Part shown: one piece after another, positions 27,424 to 39,179 of the stretch | How the letters are laid out: the number at the start of each line of letters is the position of its first letter | How positions within the stretch are numbered: position 1 is the first letter of the stretch | Origin: Rhodospirillales bacterium | GTDB lineage: Bacteria > Pseudomonadota > Alphaproteobacteria > Rhodospirillales > UBA2165 | Direction of reading: 5' to 3' | Length of the DNA stretch: 64,000 nucleotides | NCBI GenBank assembly: GCA_965213765.1 | Contig: OZ243926.1 | Span: 3,309,422-3,373,421 of the forward strand | Position numbers and translations under genes: made by a program | The notes under the pieces: generated by a model | The model's database searches: none | The model's input: only the letters and a program-made list of their open reading frames with translations | What the model was told of the DNA's origin: nothing

Positions 27424-29177
27424 CGGACAGCTCTCACTCGCGTCGGGTCCACCTGGAAGGCGCACGAAAGGAAGCGCTTGAGACCAGTCGCAGCCGGTTG
27501 GTGGTCACGAGTGTGCTATTCACCGTTGCCTTCGCCGTCATTTCGGGCCGGCTGGTGGAATTGGCGGTGTTCGAAGACCCGCAAGCCCGCGCCACCGCCA
27601 CGGCGTCCAGAACGGTGGTGCAGTCCAATTCTCGCGCCGACATTATTGACCGCAACGGGATTCTCCTCGCCACCAGCGTACCGACCGCCTCGGTTTACGC
27701 TAATCCCCGCCATCTTTTGGACGCCCGCGATGCCGCCCGGCGCATCGCCACTGTCCTCCCCGGGGCGAACGAGGAGAAGCTGTTCCGGCGGCTGAACCCG
27801 GAACGGACTTTCGTTTGGATCCGGCGCAACATCACGCCCAATCAGCAGTTCGCCATCAATGCATTGGGCCTGCCCGGCATTTACTTCCGCCGCACGGAGC
27901 GCCGGGTCTACCCGCACGGCAGCCTGACCAGTCACGTTGTCGGCACCACCGATATCGACGCCAAGGGCCTCACCGGCATTGAGCGCAGCTTCGACGGCCG
28001 GCTGCAGGATTCGGAGCAGCCACTGGCGCTGTCCCTTGATGTCCGGGTCCAGTCGGTGGTCCGCCGGGCCCTCAATACGGCCATCGAAAAGTTTTCCGCC
28101 GTCGGAGGCGCGGGCATCGTCGTCGACGTTACCAACGGTGGGGTCCTCGCCCTGGTTTCGCTACCCGATTTCGAGCCCCATTTCGGCGGCGACGTTACCG
28201 CCGAGGCCCGGTTCAATCGGGTCACCAAGGGCGTCTACGAGATGGGCTCGACGTTCAAGCTGTTCACCGCGGCGATGGCGCTCGACACCAAGACGGTCGG
28301 CTTGAATGGAGGCTTCGACGCCACCAGGCCGCTGCGCGTGGCGCGCTTCGTCATCAACGACTACCACGCCAAGAAACGCTGGCTGAGCGTGCCCGAGATC
28401 CTTGTCCATTCGTCGAACATCGGTGCCGCCAAAATGGCATTGGCGGTTGGGACCGGAAACCAACAGGCCTATCTCCGCGCGCTCGGATTGACCCGCAAGG
28501 CTGAGCTCGAATTGCCCGAGATCGGCGTTCCGCTGATCCCGTCGCCGTGGCGCAAAATCAGCACCATGACCATTTCCTACGGTCACGGCATCGCCGTCTC
28601 GCCCTTGCAGATGGCGAACGGGGTCGCTGCGCTGGTCAACGGCGGGATTTTACGCGATGCCACCTTGGCGCTCAGCGCGCCGGACGCGGTTCCGGCAGGC
28701 GTCCGGGTCATCAAGACCGACACATCGATCAAGATGCGCAAGCTCATGCGTCTGGTGGTTCGCCGCGGCACCGGCAGGAACGCCGAGGTGGAGGGGTATC
28801 TGGTGGGCGGCAAGACCGGCACCGCCGATAAGCCTGCCCCCGGCGGCTATTCCGCCAGCCGACGGGTGATCTCCTCTTTCGTCGGCGCGTTTCCCATCGA
28901 CCGGCCGCGCTACGTGGTGCTGGCCATGGTGGATGAGCCGAAAGGAACCGCCGAGACGTTCGGTTTCGCAACCGGCGGCTGGGTCGCTGCCCCGGTGGTG
29001 CGGGAAATCGTCGCTGCATTGGGTCCGATGATGGGCATGGCACCGAGCAGGGAAGCCGAGCGGCTGCCCCGGCCGGGCGACCCCCTCCATATCGCCGCCG
29101 GCAAACCGGGCCAATCGGTGCGAAACCAGAGAGTCCGAGGCCAATCCGTACGAGGACCGGCTCGTGCAACTAACTGA
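27420..29177 (+). CDS. ftsI: Peptidoglycan transpeptidase PBP3
   Basis: RADIIDRNG, STFK, SSN, KTGT. Confidence 0.96.
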   Translation: MTDSSHSRRVHLEGARKEALETSRSRLVVTSVLFTVAFAVISGRLVELAVFEDPQARATATASRTVVQSNSRADIIDRNGILLATSVPTASVYANPRHLLDARDAARRIATVLPGANEEKLFRRLNPERTFVWIRRNITPNQQFAINALGLPGIYFRRTERRVYPHGSLTSHVVGTTDIDAKGLTGIERSFDGRLQDSEQPLALSLDVRVQSVVRRALNTAIEKFSAVGGAGIVVDVTNGGVLALVSLPDFEPHFGGDVTAEARFNRVTKGVYEMGSTFKLFTAAMALDTKTVGLNGGFDATRPLRVARFVINDYHAKKRWLSVPEILVHSSNIGAAKMALAVGTGNQQAYLRALGLTRKAELELPEIGVPLIPSPWRKISTMTISYGHGIAVSPLQMANGVAALVNGGILRDATLALSAPDAVPAGVRVIKTDTSIKMRKLMRLVVRRGTGRNAEVEGYLVGGKTGTADKPAPGGYSASRRVISSFVGAFPIDRPRYVVLAMVDEPKGTAETFGFATGGWVAAPVVREIVAALGPMMGMAPSREAERLPRPGDPLHIAAGKPGQSVRNQRVRGQSVRGPARATN

Positions 29178-30627
29178 TCTCTTGGAAGGGGAAGACGAAC
29201 AGGACATGCAGGTGGCGGGCGAAAAAACAAGACGAATAAGGGGACTGACGGCGGATTCCCGTCTGGTCAAGCCGGGTTATCTGTTTGCCGCCTTGCCCGG
29301 CTCCCGGGCTGACGGCCGGGACTTCATCGTCGACGCCGTCAAGCGCGGCGCATCGGCGGTCTTGTCGCCGGTGGAATGCGCGTTCCAGGTTCCGAGAGAC
29401 GTCAGCGTCGTCACCGCCGAAAACCCCCGGCGCCTCTACGCTCGGATGGCAGCCAAGTTCTACGGCCGGCAGCCGGCTCACATGGCCGCCGTGACCGGTA
29501 CCAACGGCAAGACCTCGGTTGCCGATTTCGCCCGCCAGATATGGTCTCATCAGGGACGCCGCGCCGCCAGCGTCGGAACCCTCGGAATCATCACTTCCGA
29601 CGGGTGGCAGCGGGGCAGCCTGACGACGCCCGATCCCGCCGACCTCCATGTCTCGCTGAAGGCATTGGCCGAAAACCGCGTCACTCACGCCGCCCTCGAA
29701 GCCAGCAGTCACGGTCTCGACCAGCATCGTCTCGACGGAGTGCGCATCGGCGTGGCCGCCTTCACCAATCTGTCGCGGGACCATCTCGACTACCACGGCG
29801 AGATGGAAAACTACCTCGCCGCGAAACTGCGACTGTTCAGCGAGGTACTGACGCCCGGCGGTGCGGTGGTCATGAGTTCCGACGATCCGGTTTCCCGGAA
29901 GGTATGGGATGCGGCGACCGGTGTTGGGGCGATGGTCAAGACGGTCGGGCTCGCCGGCGACGACATCAGCCTCGGCGCGGTGTCGCCGGCTGCCGAGGGC
30001 TTGGACATGGCATTCATCCTCGCCGGATCGCGGCACGATGTGCGGTTGCCGCTTGCCGGCGGATTCCAGGCAATGAACGCCTTGATCGCGCTTGGGATCG
30101 TTATCGCCGATGGCGGTGATGCGGGAACCGCTATCGAGGCCCTCTCGCACCTCAAAGGCGTGCCCGGACGTCTCGAGAAGATCAGCGATTACCGGGGTGG
30201 GGCGGTCTACGTGGATTACGCCCACACACCGGATGCGGTGACCACCGCACTTGGTGCCATCCGGCCCCACACCCAGGGGAAATTGATAGCGATTATCGGC
30301 TGCGGCGGCGATCGCGATCGGGGCAAGCGCGCTTCCATGGGTGCGGCCGCGGTCAGCGGTGCGGATGACGTGATCGTCACCGACGACAATCCCCGCACCG
30401 AGGATCCCGCCTCCATTCGTGCCGCGGTTCTCGAAGGCGCACCCGCGGCAACGGAGATTGGCGATCGGCGCGACGCCATTCGGCAGGCCGTTCGGATGAT
30501 CGGCCCCGGCGATGTCGTTCTGGTCGCCGGCAAGGGTCACGAGGAAGGTCAGATCGTCGGTGAAGACATTTTGCCCTTCAACGACGCCGACGTAATCCGC
30601 GGCGTTATCACGGAGCTGGGCGGATGA
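29164..30627 (+). CDS. murE: UDP-MurNAc-tripeptide synthetase
   Basis: TGTNGKTS, EASSH, DHLDYH, DYAHTPD, DNPR (mDAP type). Confidence 0.96.
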   Translation: MQLTDLLEGEDEQDMQVAGEKTRRIRGLTADSRLVKPGYLFAALPGSRADGRDFIVDAVKRGASAVLSPVECAFQVPRDVSVVTAENPRRLYARMAAKFYGRQPAHMAAVTGTNGKTSVADFARQIWSHQGRRAASVGTLGIITSDGWQRGSLTTPDPADLHVSLKALAENRVTHAALEASSHGLDQHRLDGVRIGVAAFTNLSRDHLDYHGEMENYLAAKLRLFSEVLTPGGAVVMSSDDPVSRKVWDAATGVGAMVKTVGLAGDDISLGAVSPAAEGLDMAFILAGSRHDVRLPLAGGFQAMNALIALGIVIADGGDAGTAIEALSHLKGVPGRLEKISDYRGGAVYVDYAHTPDAVTTALGAIRPHTQGKLIAIIGCGGDRDRGKRASMGAAAVSGADDVIVTDDNPRTEDPASIRAAVLEGAPAATEIGDRRDAIRQAVRMIGPGDVVLVAGKGHEEGQIVGEDILPFNDADVIRGVITELGG

Positions 30628-32054
30628 CGGCGCCAGCACCTCCTCTTTGGACGGCGGCCGACGCCGCGGCGGCCACCGGCGGGACCGCGGGCGGGTCCTG
30701 GACCGCCACCGGCGTGTCCATCGACAGCCGCACGGTACGGCCCGGCGATCTGTTCACCGCCATCAAGGGCCCGAACTTCGATGGCCATGATTTTGTCTGC
30801 CAGGCCTTGCAGGGTGGCGCGGTTGCGGCGCTGGTATCCCGCGCTCCGGCGGAACCGGTTAATCGGGATTTCCTGCTGACCGTCGGCGACACCCTCCGGG
30901 CACTGGAGGATATGGGCCAAGCGGGGCGGAAACGCAGCGAGGGGACCATCATCGCCGTCACCGGCAGCGTCGGCAAAACCGGCGTCAAGGAAGCGTTGGC
31001 GTTTCTGCTCGGCCGCCAAAAGGAAACCCATTTCTCGACCGGCAGCTTCAATAACCGGTTCGGTGTCCCACTGAGCCTCGCCCGACTGTCCCCCTCCGCC
31101 GCCTACGGCGTGTTCGAGTTGGGCATGAACCACGCCGGCGAGTTGACCGAACTGTCTAATTTGGTCCGGCCGAACGTCGCCATCATCACCACCGTCGAAG
31201 TGGCGCATTTGGAGTTCTTCGCCTCACTCGCCGACATCGCGCGGGCCAAGTCGGAGATTTTCGCCGGCCTTGAGCCGGGCGGCGTTGCCGTGCTCAACCG
31301 GGATAATCCGTATTTTGACCTCATGGCCGAGGCGGCGCGGGCGGCGGACGCCGAGATCATCACCTTCGGCCGCCATGACGACGCCCGTTTCAGGGTGGTG
31401 CAGTCGGAGGCCGCCGGCGCCGGCTCCGACGTCGAAGCCATGGCGGACGGCACGCGGACCTCCTTCCATCTGCCGTTACCCGGCGACCACTGGGTCGCCA
31501 ACGCGCTGGCCGTGCTCGCGGTCCTGGCGGCGGCGGGCGGCGATCTCAAACAGGCCGCCGATGACATCGCCGGATTGAAGCCCGCCAAGCGCCGGGGCGA
31601 GCGCCATCAGGTGCGTTTCGCCGGCATGTGTTTCGAGATCATCGATGACAGTTACAACGCCAGCCCGGCGGCCGTGGCAGCGGCCTTGTCGGTACTTGGC
31701 CAATCGGCGCCGGGCCCGTCGGGCCGCCGCATTGCGGTTTTGGGAGACATGCTTGAACTGGGCGGCGACTCGCCGGCCCTTCACCAGGCGTTGAAGGACG
31801 ATGTGGATGCATCGGCGATCGATTTGGTGTTCGCCGTTGGGACCCAAATGAAGTTTCTGTTCGACGCGGTTGCGCCTGAAAGGCGGGGCGGCTGGGCAGA
31901 GACGGCTCAGGACTTGGCACCGGTCATTTTGGCGTCTGTCCATTCTGGTGACGTGGTTCTGGTCAAGGGCTCGGCCGGTACGCGGATGAGCCAAATTGTC
32001 GACGCGCTGCGGAACCTGGATTCCAACTCGGTGCGAATGGCCGGCGGGAGGTAG
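30624..32054 (+). CDS. murF: UDP-MurNAc-pentapeptide synthetase
   Basis: TGSVGKT, ELGMNHAGE, DDSYNASP, LGDMLELG. Confidence 0.96.
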   Translation: MTAPAPPLWTAADAAAATGGTAGGSWTATGVSIDSRTVRPGDLFTAIKGPNFDGHDFVCQALQGGAVAALVSRAPAEPVNRDFLLTVGDTLRALEDMGQAGRKRSEGTIIAVTGSVGKTGVKEALAFLLGRQKETHFSTGSFNNRFGVPLSLARLSPSAAYGVFELGMNHAGELTELSNLVRPNVAIITTVEVAHLEFFASLADIARAKSEIFAGLEPGGVAVLNRDNPYFDLMAEAARAADAEIITFGRHDDARFRVVQSEAAGAGSDVEAMADGTRTSFHLPLPGDHWVANALAVLAVLAAAGGDLKQAADDIAGLKPAKRRGERHQVRFAGMCFEIIDDSYNASPAAVAAALSVLGQSAPGPSGRRIAVLGDMLELGGDSPALHQALKDDVDASAIDLVFAVGTQMKFLFDAVAPERRGGWAETAQDLAPVILASVHSGDVVLVKGSAGTRMSQIVDALRNLDSNSVRMAGGR

Positions 32055-32063
32055 GGAGGAATT

Positions 32064-33149
32064 ATGCTGAACTCTCTCTCCGCCTTCGCCGATCAGATCC
32101 TGATCCTCAACCTGTTCCGCTACATCACCTTCCGGACCGGCGGCGCCATGATCACCGCGCTGGCCATCAGCTTCATTCTCGGCCCGATCCTGATCGAATG
32201 GCTGAAGAAGCATCAGCAAGGCGGTCAGCCGATCCGCGATGACGGGCCCGAATCCCATATCCTGACCAAGGCCGGCACCCCGACCATGGGCGGCTTTCTG
32301 ATCCTGATCGCGCTGATCCTGTCGACAGCACTGTGGGCAGACCTGCGCAACGGCTACATCTGGGCGGCGCTCGGGGTGACCATCGGCTACGGGATCATAG
32401 GCTTCATCGATGACTACCTGAAGGTGACCAAGCGCAATCACAAGGGATTGTCGGGCAAGCTCAAGTTGTCCCTTCAGGTCATCATCGCCTTGGCGGCGGC
32501 TTTGTGGATCATGAAGCTGACCCGTGATCCGCTCTCCACCTCACTCGCCATTCCGTTCTTCAAGGACGTGCTGCTTGATCTCGGCTGGTTTTTTATACCA
32601 TTCGCCGCGTTCGTGATGGTCGGCGCCTCCAACGCGGTCAACCTTACCGACGGGTTGGACGGGTTGGCCATCGGGCCGGTGCTGATTGCGGCCGCCGTCT
32701 TCGGCATCATCACCTACCTGACCGGCAACACGGTGTTTTCCAACTACCTGCAGGTTCACTACGTGCCGGGCGCCGGAGAGCTGTCAATTTTTCTCGGCGC
32801 CCTGATGGGCGCCAGTCTCGGCTTCCTCTGGTACAACGCGCCGCCGGCCATGGTGTTCATGGGCGATACGGGATCGCTCTCGTTGGGCGGCGCGCTCGGG
32901 ACCGTGAGTGTCATCACCAAGCACGAGCTGGTCCTGGCGTTGGTCGGCGGCCTGTTCGTTCTCGAGACCGTATCGGTCATCGTCCAGGTGATTTCCTACA
33001 AGCTTACCGGCAAGCGGGTGTTTCAGATGGCGCCGCTCCACCATCACTTCGAAAAAAAGGGGTGGGCGGAGCCGACCATCGTCATCCGCTTCTGGATCAT
33101 CGCGACCATTCTGGCTCTGGCCGGATTGGCAACGCTCAAACTGAGATGA
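32064..33149 (+). CDS. mraY: Phospho-MurNAc-pentapeptide transferase
   Basis: [29 protein letters not shown]. Confidence 0.98.
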   Translation: MLNSLSAFADQILILNLFRYITFRTGGAMITALAISFILGPILIEWLKKHQQGGQPIRDDGPESHILTKAGTPTMGGFLILIALILSTALWADLRNGYIWAALGVTIGYGIIGFIDDYLKVTKRNHKGLSGKLKLSLQVIIALAAALWIMKLTRDPLSTSLAIPFFKDVLLDLGWFFIPFAAFVMVGASNAVNLTDGLDGLAIGPVLIAAAVFGIITYLTGNTVFSNYLQVHYVPGAGELSIFLGALMGASLGFLWYNAPPAMVFMGDTGSLSLGGALGTVSVITKHELVLALVGGLFVLETVSVIVQVISYKLTGKRVFQMAPLHHHFEKKGWAEPTIVIRFWIIATILALAGLATLKLR

Positions 33150-33162
33150 CGGGGGCGCGGGG

Positions 33163-34536
33163 GTGATCCAGATCGATACATTCAAGGGACAGCCGGTCGC
33201 GGTCATGGGCTTGGGCCGCACCGGGCTCACGGCCGCCCGTGCGCTCGCCGCCGGCGGTGCCGAGGTGTGGGCCTGGGACGATGACGATGCGCGGCGCAAG
33301 GCCGCCGCCGGCGAAGGTATCGCTCTGGTGGATTTGGACGCGCAGAATTTGGGTGACGCCGGTGCCCTGGTGCTGAGCCCCGGCATCCCCCATTCGCACC
33401 CCGAACCCCACCCGGTTGCGGCAAAGGCGCGGGACGCCGGATGCGAGATCATCTGCGATGTCGACCTGCTGGCTCGCCAGATCACCGAGCCCGGCTATAT
33501 GGGGGTCACCGGCACCAATGGTAAGTCGACAACCACCGCGCTGATCGGGCACGTTCTGGCCCACGCCGGCAATGAAGTGGCGGTCGGCGGCAATATCGGT
33601 GATCCGGTTCTCGACTTGAATGAACTGGGGCCGTCCGGGACCTACGTGCTCGAACTGTCCTCCTATCAGCTCGAACGGGTACTGCGGCTGGCGCTCGATG
33701 TCGCCATCCTGCTCAACATCTCCCCCGATCATCTCGACCGCCACGGCGGGATGGACGGCTATGTCGCCGCTAAGACGCGAATTTTCGATCAGACCGTCGA
33801 TGGCGGTCACGCCATCGTCGGCATGGACGACCGCTATGGCCGCGGCCTGCGCCTCGATCTGATGATGCGCGGCGGTGTGAAAATCGTCCCGATCTCGGGA
33901 AATCAGCGGGTGCCGGGCGGCGTCTACGCCGACGAGACCGGCACGTTGATTGACGATCTGGATAATGGCCGGGCGGGGGTGCTCGACCTGAGGGCGGTCG
34001 ACACCCTTCCTGGCCGGCACAATTGGCAGAACGCGGCCGCCGCTTACGCCGGGGCGCGGCTGGTGGGGGTTGCCGCTGCGTCCGCCGCCGAGGCCATCCG
34101 GTCCTTTACCGGCCTGGCCCATCGCCAGGAAGTGATCCGCCGGATCGGGCGAGTGACTTATGTCGATGATTCCAAAGCGACCAACCTCGATGCCGCCGCC
34201 AAGGCGCTTGCGTCGTACGGCAATATCCACTGGATCGCCGGAGGACGCTCCAAGGAAGATGACCTCTCGGCACTCGAAGCTTTGTATCCGCATATTCGCC
34301 GGGCCTATTTGATCGGTGAGGCGGCGCCCCAATTCGAGGCGGCCCTTGCAGGGACCGTGCCCGCCGAGCGCGCGGACTCCCTGGAAGCCGCGGTGGGCAG
34401 TGCCCATACCGCCGCCCGGGAAAGCGGCGAAGACGCGGTGGTGCTCCTGTCGCCGGGCTGCGCGTCGTTCGACCAGTTCACCGACTTCGAGGCGCGAGGT
34501 CTGGCATTCCGGGTTGCGGTGGAGGCCCTGTCATGA
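33163..34536 (+). CDS. murD: UDP-MurNAc-L-Ala-D-Glu ligase
   Basis: LSPGIP, TGTNGKST, ELSSYQ, DDSKATN, LSPGCASFDQF. Confidence 0.97.
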   Translation: MIQIDTFKGQPVAVMGLGRTGLTAARALAAGGAEVWAWDDDDARRKAAAGEGIALVDLDAQNLGDAGALVLSPGIPHSHPEPHPVAAKARDAGCEIICDVDLLARQITEPGYMGVTGTNGKSTTTALIGHVLAHAGNEVAVGGNIGDPVLDLNELGPSGTYVLELSSYQLERVLRLALDVAILLNISPDHLDRHGGMDGYVAAKTRIFDQTVDGGHAIVGMDDRYGRGLRLDLMMRGGVKIVPISGNQRVPGGVYADETGTLIDDLDNGRAGVLDLRAVDTLPGRHNWQNAAAAYAGARLVGVAAASAAEAIRSFTGLAHRQEVIRRIGRVTYVDDSKATNLDAAAKALASYGNIHWIAGGRSKEDDLSALEALYPHIRRAYLIGEAAPQFEAALAGTVPAERADSLEAAVGSAHTAARESGEDAVVLLSPGCASFDQFTDFEARGLAFRVAVEALS

Positions 34537-35681
34537 CCGCGCTCCCCCGGACGGATGTCAGCATCTTTGGCCGCTGGTGGTGGACCGTCGACCGTTGGAC
34601 CCTGTCGGCACTGGTCGCCGTGTCGGCCATCGGCATCGTCCTGACCATGGCGGCGAGTCCGGCCGTCGCCGACCGGCTGGACCTGGATGCGTTCCACTTC
34701 ATCCGCCGGCAGTTCCTGTTCATTCCGCTGTCGTTTGCCATCCTGATCGGCGTCTCCCTATTGAATCCCGTCGGCGTTCGCCGCCTGGCGGTGCTCGGCT
34801 TCATCATGTCGATCATCGGTGTGGGAATGACGTTGTTCATCGGCCAGGAGATCAGGGGCGCCGCCCGCTGGATCAGCCTGCCCGGTTTCTCCCTGCAGCC
34901 GTCGGAGTTCGTCAAGCCCTGCTTTGCCGTGGTGGCGGCCTGGATGTTCTCGCAGTGGCGGATAAAGGGGGACATACCGGGCCACGCCGTGGCCACCGCC
35001 CTCTACGCGCTGGTGGTCGGGCTATTGCTGTTGCAGCCGGATGTGGGGATGACGATCCTCATTTCGGTGGTTTGGGGGGTGCAGTTCTTCCTCGCCGGAT
35101 TGCCCATGTTGCTGGTGTTGGGCATCGGCATTCTGTTCATCGCCGGGGGCATCGGCGCTTACTTCAACTTTGCCCACGTCCAGACCCGGGTCGACCGGTT
35201 TTTGGATCCCGCGGGCGGCGAAGCGTATCAGGTGGCGAGGTCCCTGGAGGCTGTGGTCGCCGGCGGCATCTTCGGCCGCGGCCCCGGCGAGGGCGAGGTC
35301 AAATCCATCCTTCCCGACGCCCATGCGGATTTCATATTCGCCGTTGCGGCGGAGGAATTCGGCCTGGTTACGGGTCTGCTCATCATCGCCCTGTTTGCTT
35401 TCATCGTGCTCCGCGGATTCGCCCTGGTGATGCGGGAGACCGACCTGTTCGTGCAACTCGCCGTTGCCGGACTTTTGGTGCAGTTTGGCCTCCAAGCGCT
35501 CATCAACATGGCGTCGACCATCAACCTGATGCCCACCAAGGGTATGACGCTGCCGTTCATATCCTACGGCGGTTCGTCGATGGCGGCGCTGGCGCTGGGC
35601 ATGGGCATGGTGCTGGCGCTCACGCGCGAGCGGCCCCGGGCCAATGATTTGAGCCGGTTCACCGGAAGGGGGGCGCTATGA
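34533..35681 (+). CDS. ftsW: SEDS peptidoglycan glycosyltransferase FtsW
   Basis: QPSEFVK, QPDVG, DFIFAV, LPFISYGGSS. Confidence 0.97.
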   Translation: MTALPRTDVSIFGRWWWTVDRWTLSALVAVSAIGIVLTMAASPAVADRLDLDAFHFIRRQFLFIPLSFAILIGVSLLNPVGVRRLAVLGFIMSIIGVGMTLFIGQEIRGAARWISLPGFSLQPSEFVKPCFAVVAAWMFSQWRIKGDIPGHAVATALYALVVGLLLLQPDVGMTILISVVWGVQFFLAGLPMLLVLGIGILFIAGGIGAYFNFAHVQTRVDRFLDPAGGEAYQVARSLEAVVAGGIFGRGPGEGEVKSILPDAHADFIFAVAAEEFGLVTGLLIIALFAFIVLRGFALVMRETDLFVQLAVAGLLVQFGLQALINMASTINLMPTKGMTLPFISYGGSSMAALALGMGMVLALTRERPRANDLSRFTGRGAL

Positions 35682-36808
35682 CCGGGCCGCTGATCGTCCT
35701 CGCGGCCGGCGGGACCGGGGGACATGTATTCCCCGCCGAAGCGCTTGCCGCCGAACTGGCGGCCCGAAGCTGCCGGCTGGCGTTGTTCACCGACCGCCGG
35801 GGCGGCGCGTTGGGCGGCCGGTTGGATGAAATTGATACCTACCGAATTCGGGCAAGCGGCATCGCCGGCAAGAGCCCGGTGGACCGGCTGATGTCCACCG
35901 CCGAAATCGGTTTCGGGACCATGCAGGCGTGGCAATTGCTGAAACAACTGGGCCCTGCCGCGGTCGTGGGCTTCGGCGGCTATGCATCGGTGCCGACGAT
36001 GATGGCGGCAACCTTCGCCGGCACACGGACCGCCATTCATGAACAGAATGCCGTGCTCGGGCGCGCCAACCGGCTTCTGGCCGGCCGGGTCGACCGCATC
36101 GCGACGGCCTTTGAGGAAGTGAGGCCGGCGCCCGCCGGCGCCGGGGCCAAGGTCGTGCGCACGGGTATGCCGGTGCGGCCGATGATCGGCGCCGTTCGCG
36201 ACCGTGTCTACCCGCCCCTTGACGGAGACTCACCCCTCAACATCCTGGTTTTCGGCGGCTCTCAGGGTGCCCATGTGCTCTCTCGGGTGGTGCCCCAGGC
36301 CCTGGGCATGCTTGATCCACGCTTCAAGGACCGGCTTCGCGTCGTTCAACAGTGCCGCGAAGAAGACATCGCGGCGGTCCGCGGGCAATTTGGTTCGCTC
36401 GGGATCAACGCCGACCTCAGGCCTTTCCTCGACGATATCCCCGAGCGCTATGCGGCCGCGCACCTGGTCATCTGCCGATCCGGCGCATCGACCATCGCCG
36501 AACTGACCGCCATCGGCCGCCCGGCGATCATGGTGCCCTATCCGCACGCCATCGACGATCATCAGGTATTCAACGCCCACGCCTTGGATGATGTCGGTGG
36601 CGGCTGGGTGATGCCCGAAACATCCTTTGCCGCCGATGCGCTGGCTACCCGCCTCGATTCCCTGTTCTCCCTGCCCAAGTTGCTCGAGAAGGCCGCCGCC
36701 GCCGCCAAGGCCGCCGGGGCGCCCGACGCGGTCGCGACGCTCGCTGACATGGTGATGGGTATGGTGCCGGGCAACGGTGATGCCGAACCGAGGAGGGCCG
36801 CCGCATGA
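35678..36808 (+). CDS. murG: Lipid I GlcNAc transferase
   Basis: GGTGGH, GFGGY, HEQN, GGSQGA, RSGAST. Confidence 0.97.
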   Translation: MTGPLIVLAAGGTGGHVFPAEALAAELAARSCRLALFTDRRGGALGGRLDEIDTYRIRASGIAGKSPVDRLMSTAEIGFGTMQAWQLLKQLGPAAVVGFGGYASVPTMMAATFAGTRTAIHEQNAVLGRANRLLAGRVDRIATAFEEVRPAPAGAGAKVVRTGMPVRPMIGAVRDRVYPPLDGDSPLNILVFGGSQGAHVLSRVVPQALGMLDPRFKDRLRVVQQCREEDIAAVRGQFGSLGINADLRPFLDDIPERYAAAHLVICRSGASTIAELTAIGRPAIMVPYPHAIDDHQVFNAHALDDVGGGWVMPETSFAADALATRLDSLFSLPKLLEKAAAAAKAAGAPDAVATLADMVMGMVPGNGDAEPRRAAA

Positions 36809-38235
36809 GAGCGCTTCCCTTGGACATCGGCACCGTGCACTTCGTCGGCATCGGCGGCATCGGGATGAGCGGCATCGCCGAAGTGCTGCATAACTTGGGG
36901 TATTCGGTGCGCGGCTCGGATATTGCGGACGGCGCCAATGTCCGGCGCTTGCGCGCTATGGGCATTCCAATCGAGATCGGACACCGGGCCGAGAACCTCG
37001 GCGATGGGCAGGTCATCGTCATTTCATCGGCGGTCAAAGCCGGCAACCCCGAGGTTGAGGACGCCCGGCGGCGTCTGCTGCCGGTCGTCCGGCGGGCCGA
37101 GATGCTGGGTGAGCTTATGCGCCTCAAATGGTCGGTCGCCGTCGGCGGCACTCATGGCAAGACCACCACCACCTCGATGATCGCCGCGCTGCTGGATGCC
37201 GCCGAACTGGATCCGACGGTGATCAACGGCGGCATTATCAATGCTTGGGGCTCCAACGCCCGCTTGGGCAGCGGCGATTGGATGGTGGTCGAGGCCGATG
37301 AGTCCGACGGCACGTTCGTTAAGTTGCCGGCGACCATCGCCGTGGTGACCAACATCGATTCCGAGCACATGGATCATTACGGCGGGTTCGAAGCGTTGAG
37401 GCGGGCCTTCGATACCTTCGTGGAGAACATTCCGTTCTACGGCTTCGCCGCACTGTGCATCGACGACGCCGAAGTGCAGGCCATGATCCCCCGGGTCTCG
37501 GACCGGCGCATCATTACTTACGGACGGAGCCCACAAGCGGAGGTTCGGGTCACGGCCATCGAATTCACGGACGACGGCTCCAAATTCGATGTCACCATTT
37601 CGGACCGGGCCGGCGGGCCGTCGAGAACCCTCGAAAGTCTCCCTCTGCCCATGTTCGGCGCCCATAACGTCCAAAATGCACTGGCGGCGATTGCCGTGGC
37701 TGCCGAGATGAATATCGAAGATGAGGTCATCCGCCGCGGTCTGGCCGGTTTCGAAGGCGTGAAGCGCCGCTTTACCAAGACCGGTGAGGTCGATGGGATC
37801 ACGGTGATCGACGATTACGGGCACCATCCTGTGGAGATTTCCGCGGTGCTCGATGCCGCCCGAAGCTCCACCTCGGGCCAGATTATCGCCGTCGTCCAGC
37901 CCCATCGCTACACCCGGCTTCGCGACCTGTTCGAGGAGTTCTGCACCTGCTTCAACGATGCCGACACGGTGATCGTTGCCGATGTCTATCCGGCCGGAGA
38001 AGAGCCTATCGAGGGGATAGACCGGGAGGCCCTCGTGGACGGCCTCCGTTCCCGCGGTCACCGTCAGGTGCTGGCACTGCCGGGGCCCGAGCGTTTGGCG
38101 GGCCTGATCAATGGGGTTGCGCAGTCGGGGGATCTGGTGGTGTGCCTTGGTGCCGGAAACATCACCGCATGGGCCAACGCACTGCCCGGCGAACTCGGAG
38201 AGCGTCGGGGTACCGTCGAGGAGGCGCGAGCATGA
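36805..38235 (+). CDS. murC: UDP-MurNAc-L-alanine ligase
   Basis: [30 protein letters not shown]. Confidence 0.98.
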   Translation: MRALPLDIGTVHFVGIGGIGMSGIAEVLHNLGYSVRGSDIADGANVRRLRAMGIPIEIGHRAENLGDGQVIVISSAVKAGNPEVEDARRRLLPVVRRAEMLGELMRLKWSVAVGGTHGKTTTTSMIAALLDAAELDPTVINGGIINAWGSNARLGSGDWMVVEADESDGTFVKLPATIAVVTNIDSEHMDHYGGFEALRRAFDTFVENIPFYGFAALCIDDAEVQAMIPRVSDRRIITYGRSPQAEVRVTAIEFTDDGSKFDVTISDRAGGPSRTLESLPLPMFGAHNVQNALAAIAVAAEMNIEDEVIRRGLAGFEGVKRRFTKTGEVDGITVIDDYGHHPVEISAVLDAARSSTSGQIIAVVQPHRYTRLRDLFEEFCTCFNDADTVIVADVYPAGEEPIEGIDREALVDGLRSRGHRQVLALPGPERLAGLINGVAQSGDLVVCLGAGNITAWANALPGELGERRGTVEEARA

Positions 38236-39179
38236 TGATGGCGCCCAAGTTCCCGCAAGGCTTGATCGACCGGCTGCCCCCCGTGAAAGGCGACTACACG
38301 GCCAATGCGCCGCTCGCCAAATCCACCTGGTTCCGGGTCGGCGGGCCCGCGGAAATATTGTATCGGCCGAAGGACATCGACGATCTGACCGCTTTTCTCG
38401 CCGCCAAGCCCGGTGATGTTCCGGTGACGGTCATCGGCGTTGCGTCAAATCTGCTGGTCCGCGACGGCGGGGTCCCGGGTGTGGTGATCCGTCTCGCGGA
38501 TGGCTTCAGCGACATTACCGTGGACGGCAATGATCTCAGAGCCGGCGGCGGCGCGTCCAACCTCAAGGTGGCCAACGCGGCTCGGGATGCGGGGCTTGCG
38601 GGCCTCGAGTTCCTGAGCGGCATCCCGGGATCGCTCGGCGGATCGGCGCGGATGAATGCCGGCGCGTTCGGTGGCGAGGTGAGCGGCGTGTTCGTTTCGG
38701 CGACGGCGCTCGACGGTCACGGAGAACCGCACCATGCCGACTCCGCCGCAATGGGATACGCCTACCGTCATTCGACAGCGCCCGAGGATTGGATATTCGT
38801 CGACGTGGTGCTGAGGGGACAGGCCGGTGATCACGACGCGATCGCGGCCCGCATGGATGAGATCAAATCCATCCGTGACGCCAGCCAGCCGTCCAAGACG
38901 CCCACCGGCGGCAGCACATTTATCAACCCGCCGGGGCACAAGGCGTGGGAGCTGATCGACAAAGCGGGATGCCGTGGGCTGACCCGCGGCGGCGCCCGGG
39001 TGTCCGAGAAGCATTGCAACTTCCTGATCAACACCGGCGGCGCGACGGCTGCCGATATCGAAGGCCTCGGTGAAGAGGTTCGGCGGCGGGTGTTCGACAA
39101 CACCGGCATCTCGCTGGACTGGGAGATCCGGCGCATCGGCGTGCCGACAACCCCGATAGTGAAGGAGGCGGGCAAATGA
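38232..39179 (+). CDS. murB: UDP-N-acetylenolpyruvoylglucosamine reductase
   Basis: [35 protein letters not shown]; ATG overlaps murC stop. Confidence 0.96.
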   Translation: MMMAPKFPQGLIDRLPPVKGDYTANAPLAKSTWFRVGGPAEILYRPKDIDDLTAFLAAKPGDVPVTVIGVASNLLVRDGGVPGVVIRLADGFSDITVDGNDLRAGGGASNLKVANAARDAGLAGLEFLSGIPGSLGGSARMNAGAFGGEVSGVFVSATALDGHGEPHHADSAAMGYAYRHSTAPEDWIFVDVVLRGQAGDHDAIAARMDEIKSIRDASQPSKTPTGGSTFINPPGHKAWELIDKAGCRGLTRGGARVSEKHCNFLINTGGATAADIEGLGEEVRRRVFDNTGISLDWEIRRIGVPTTPIVKEAGK

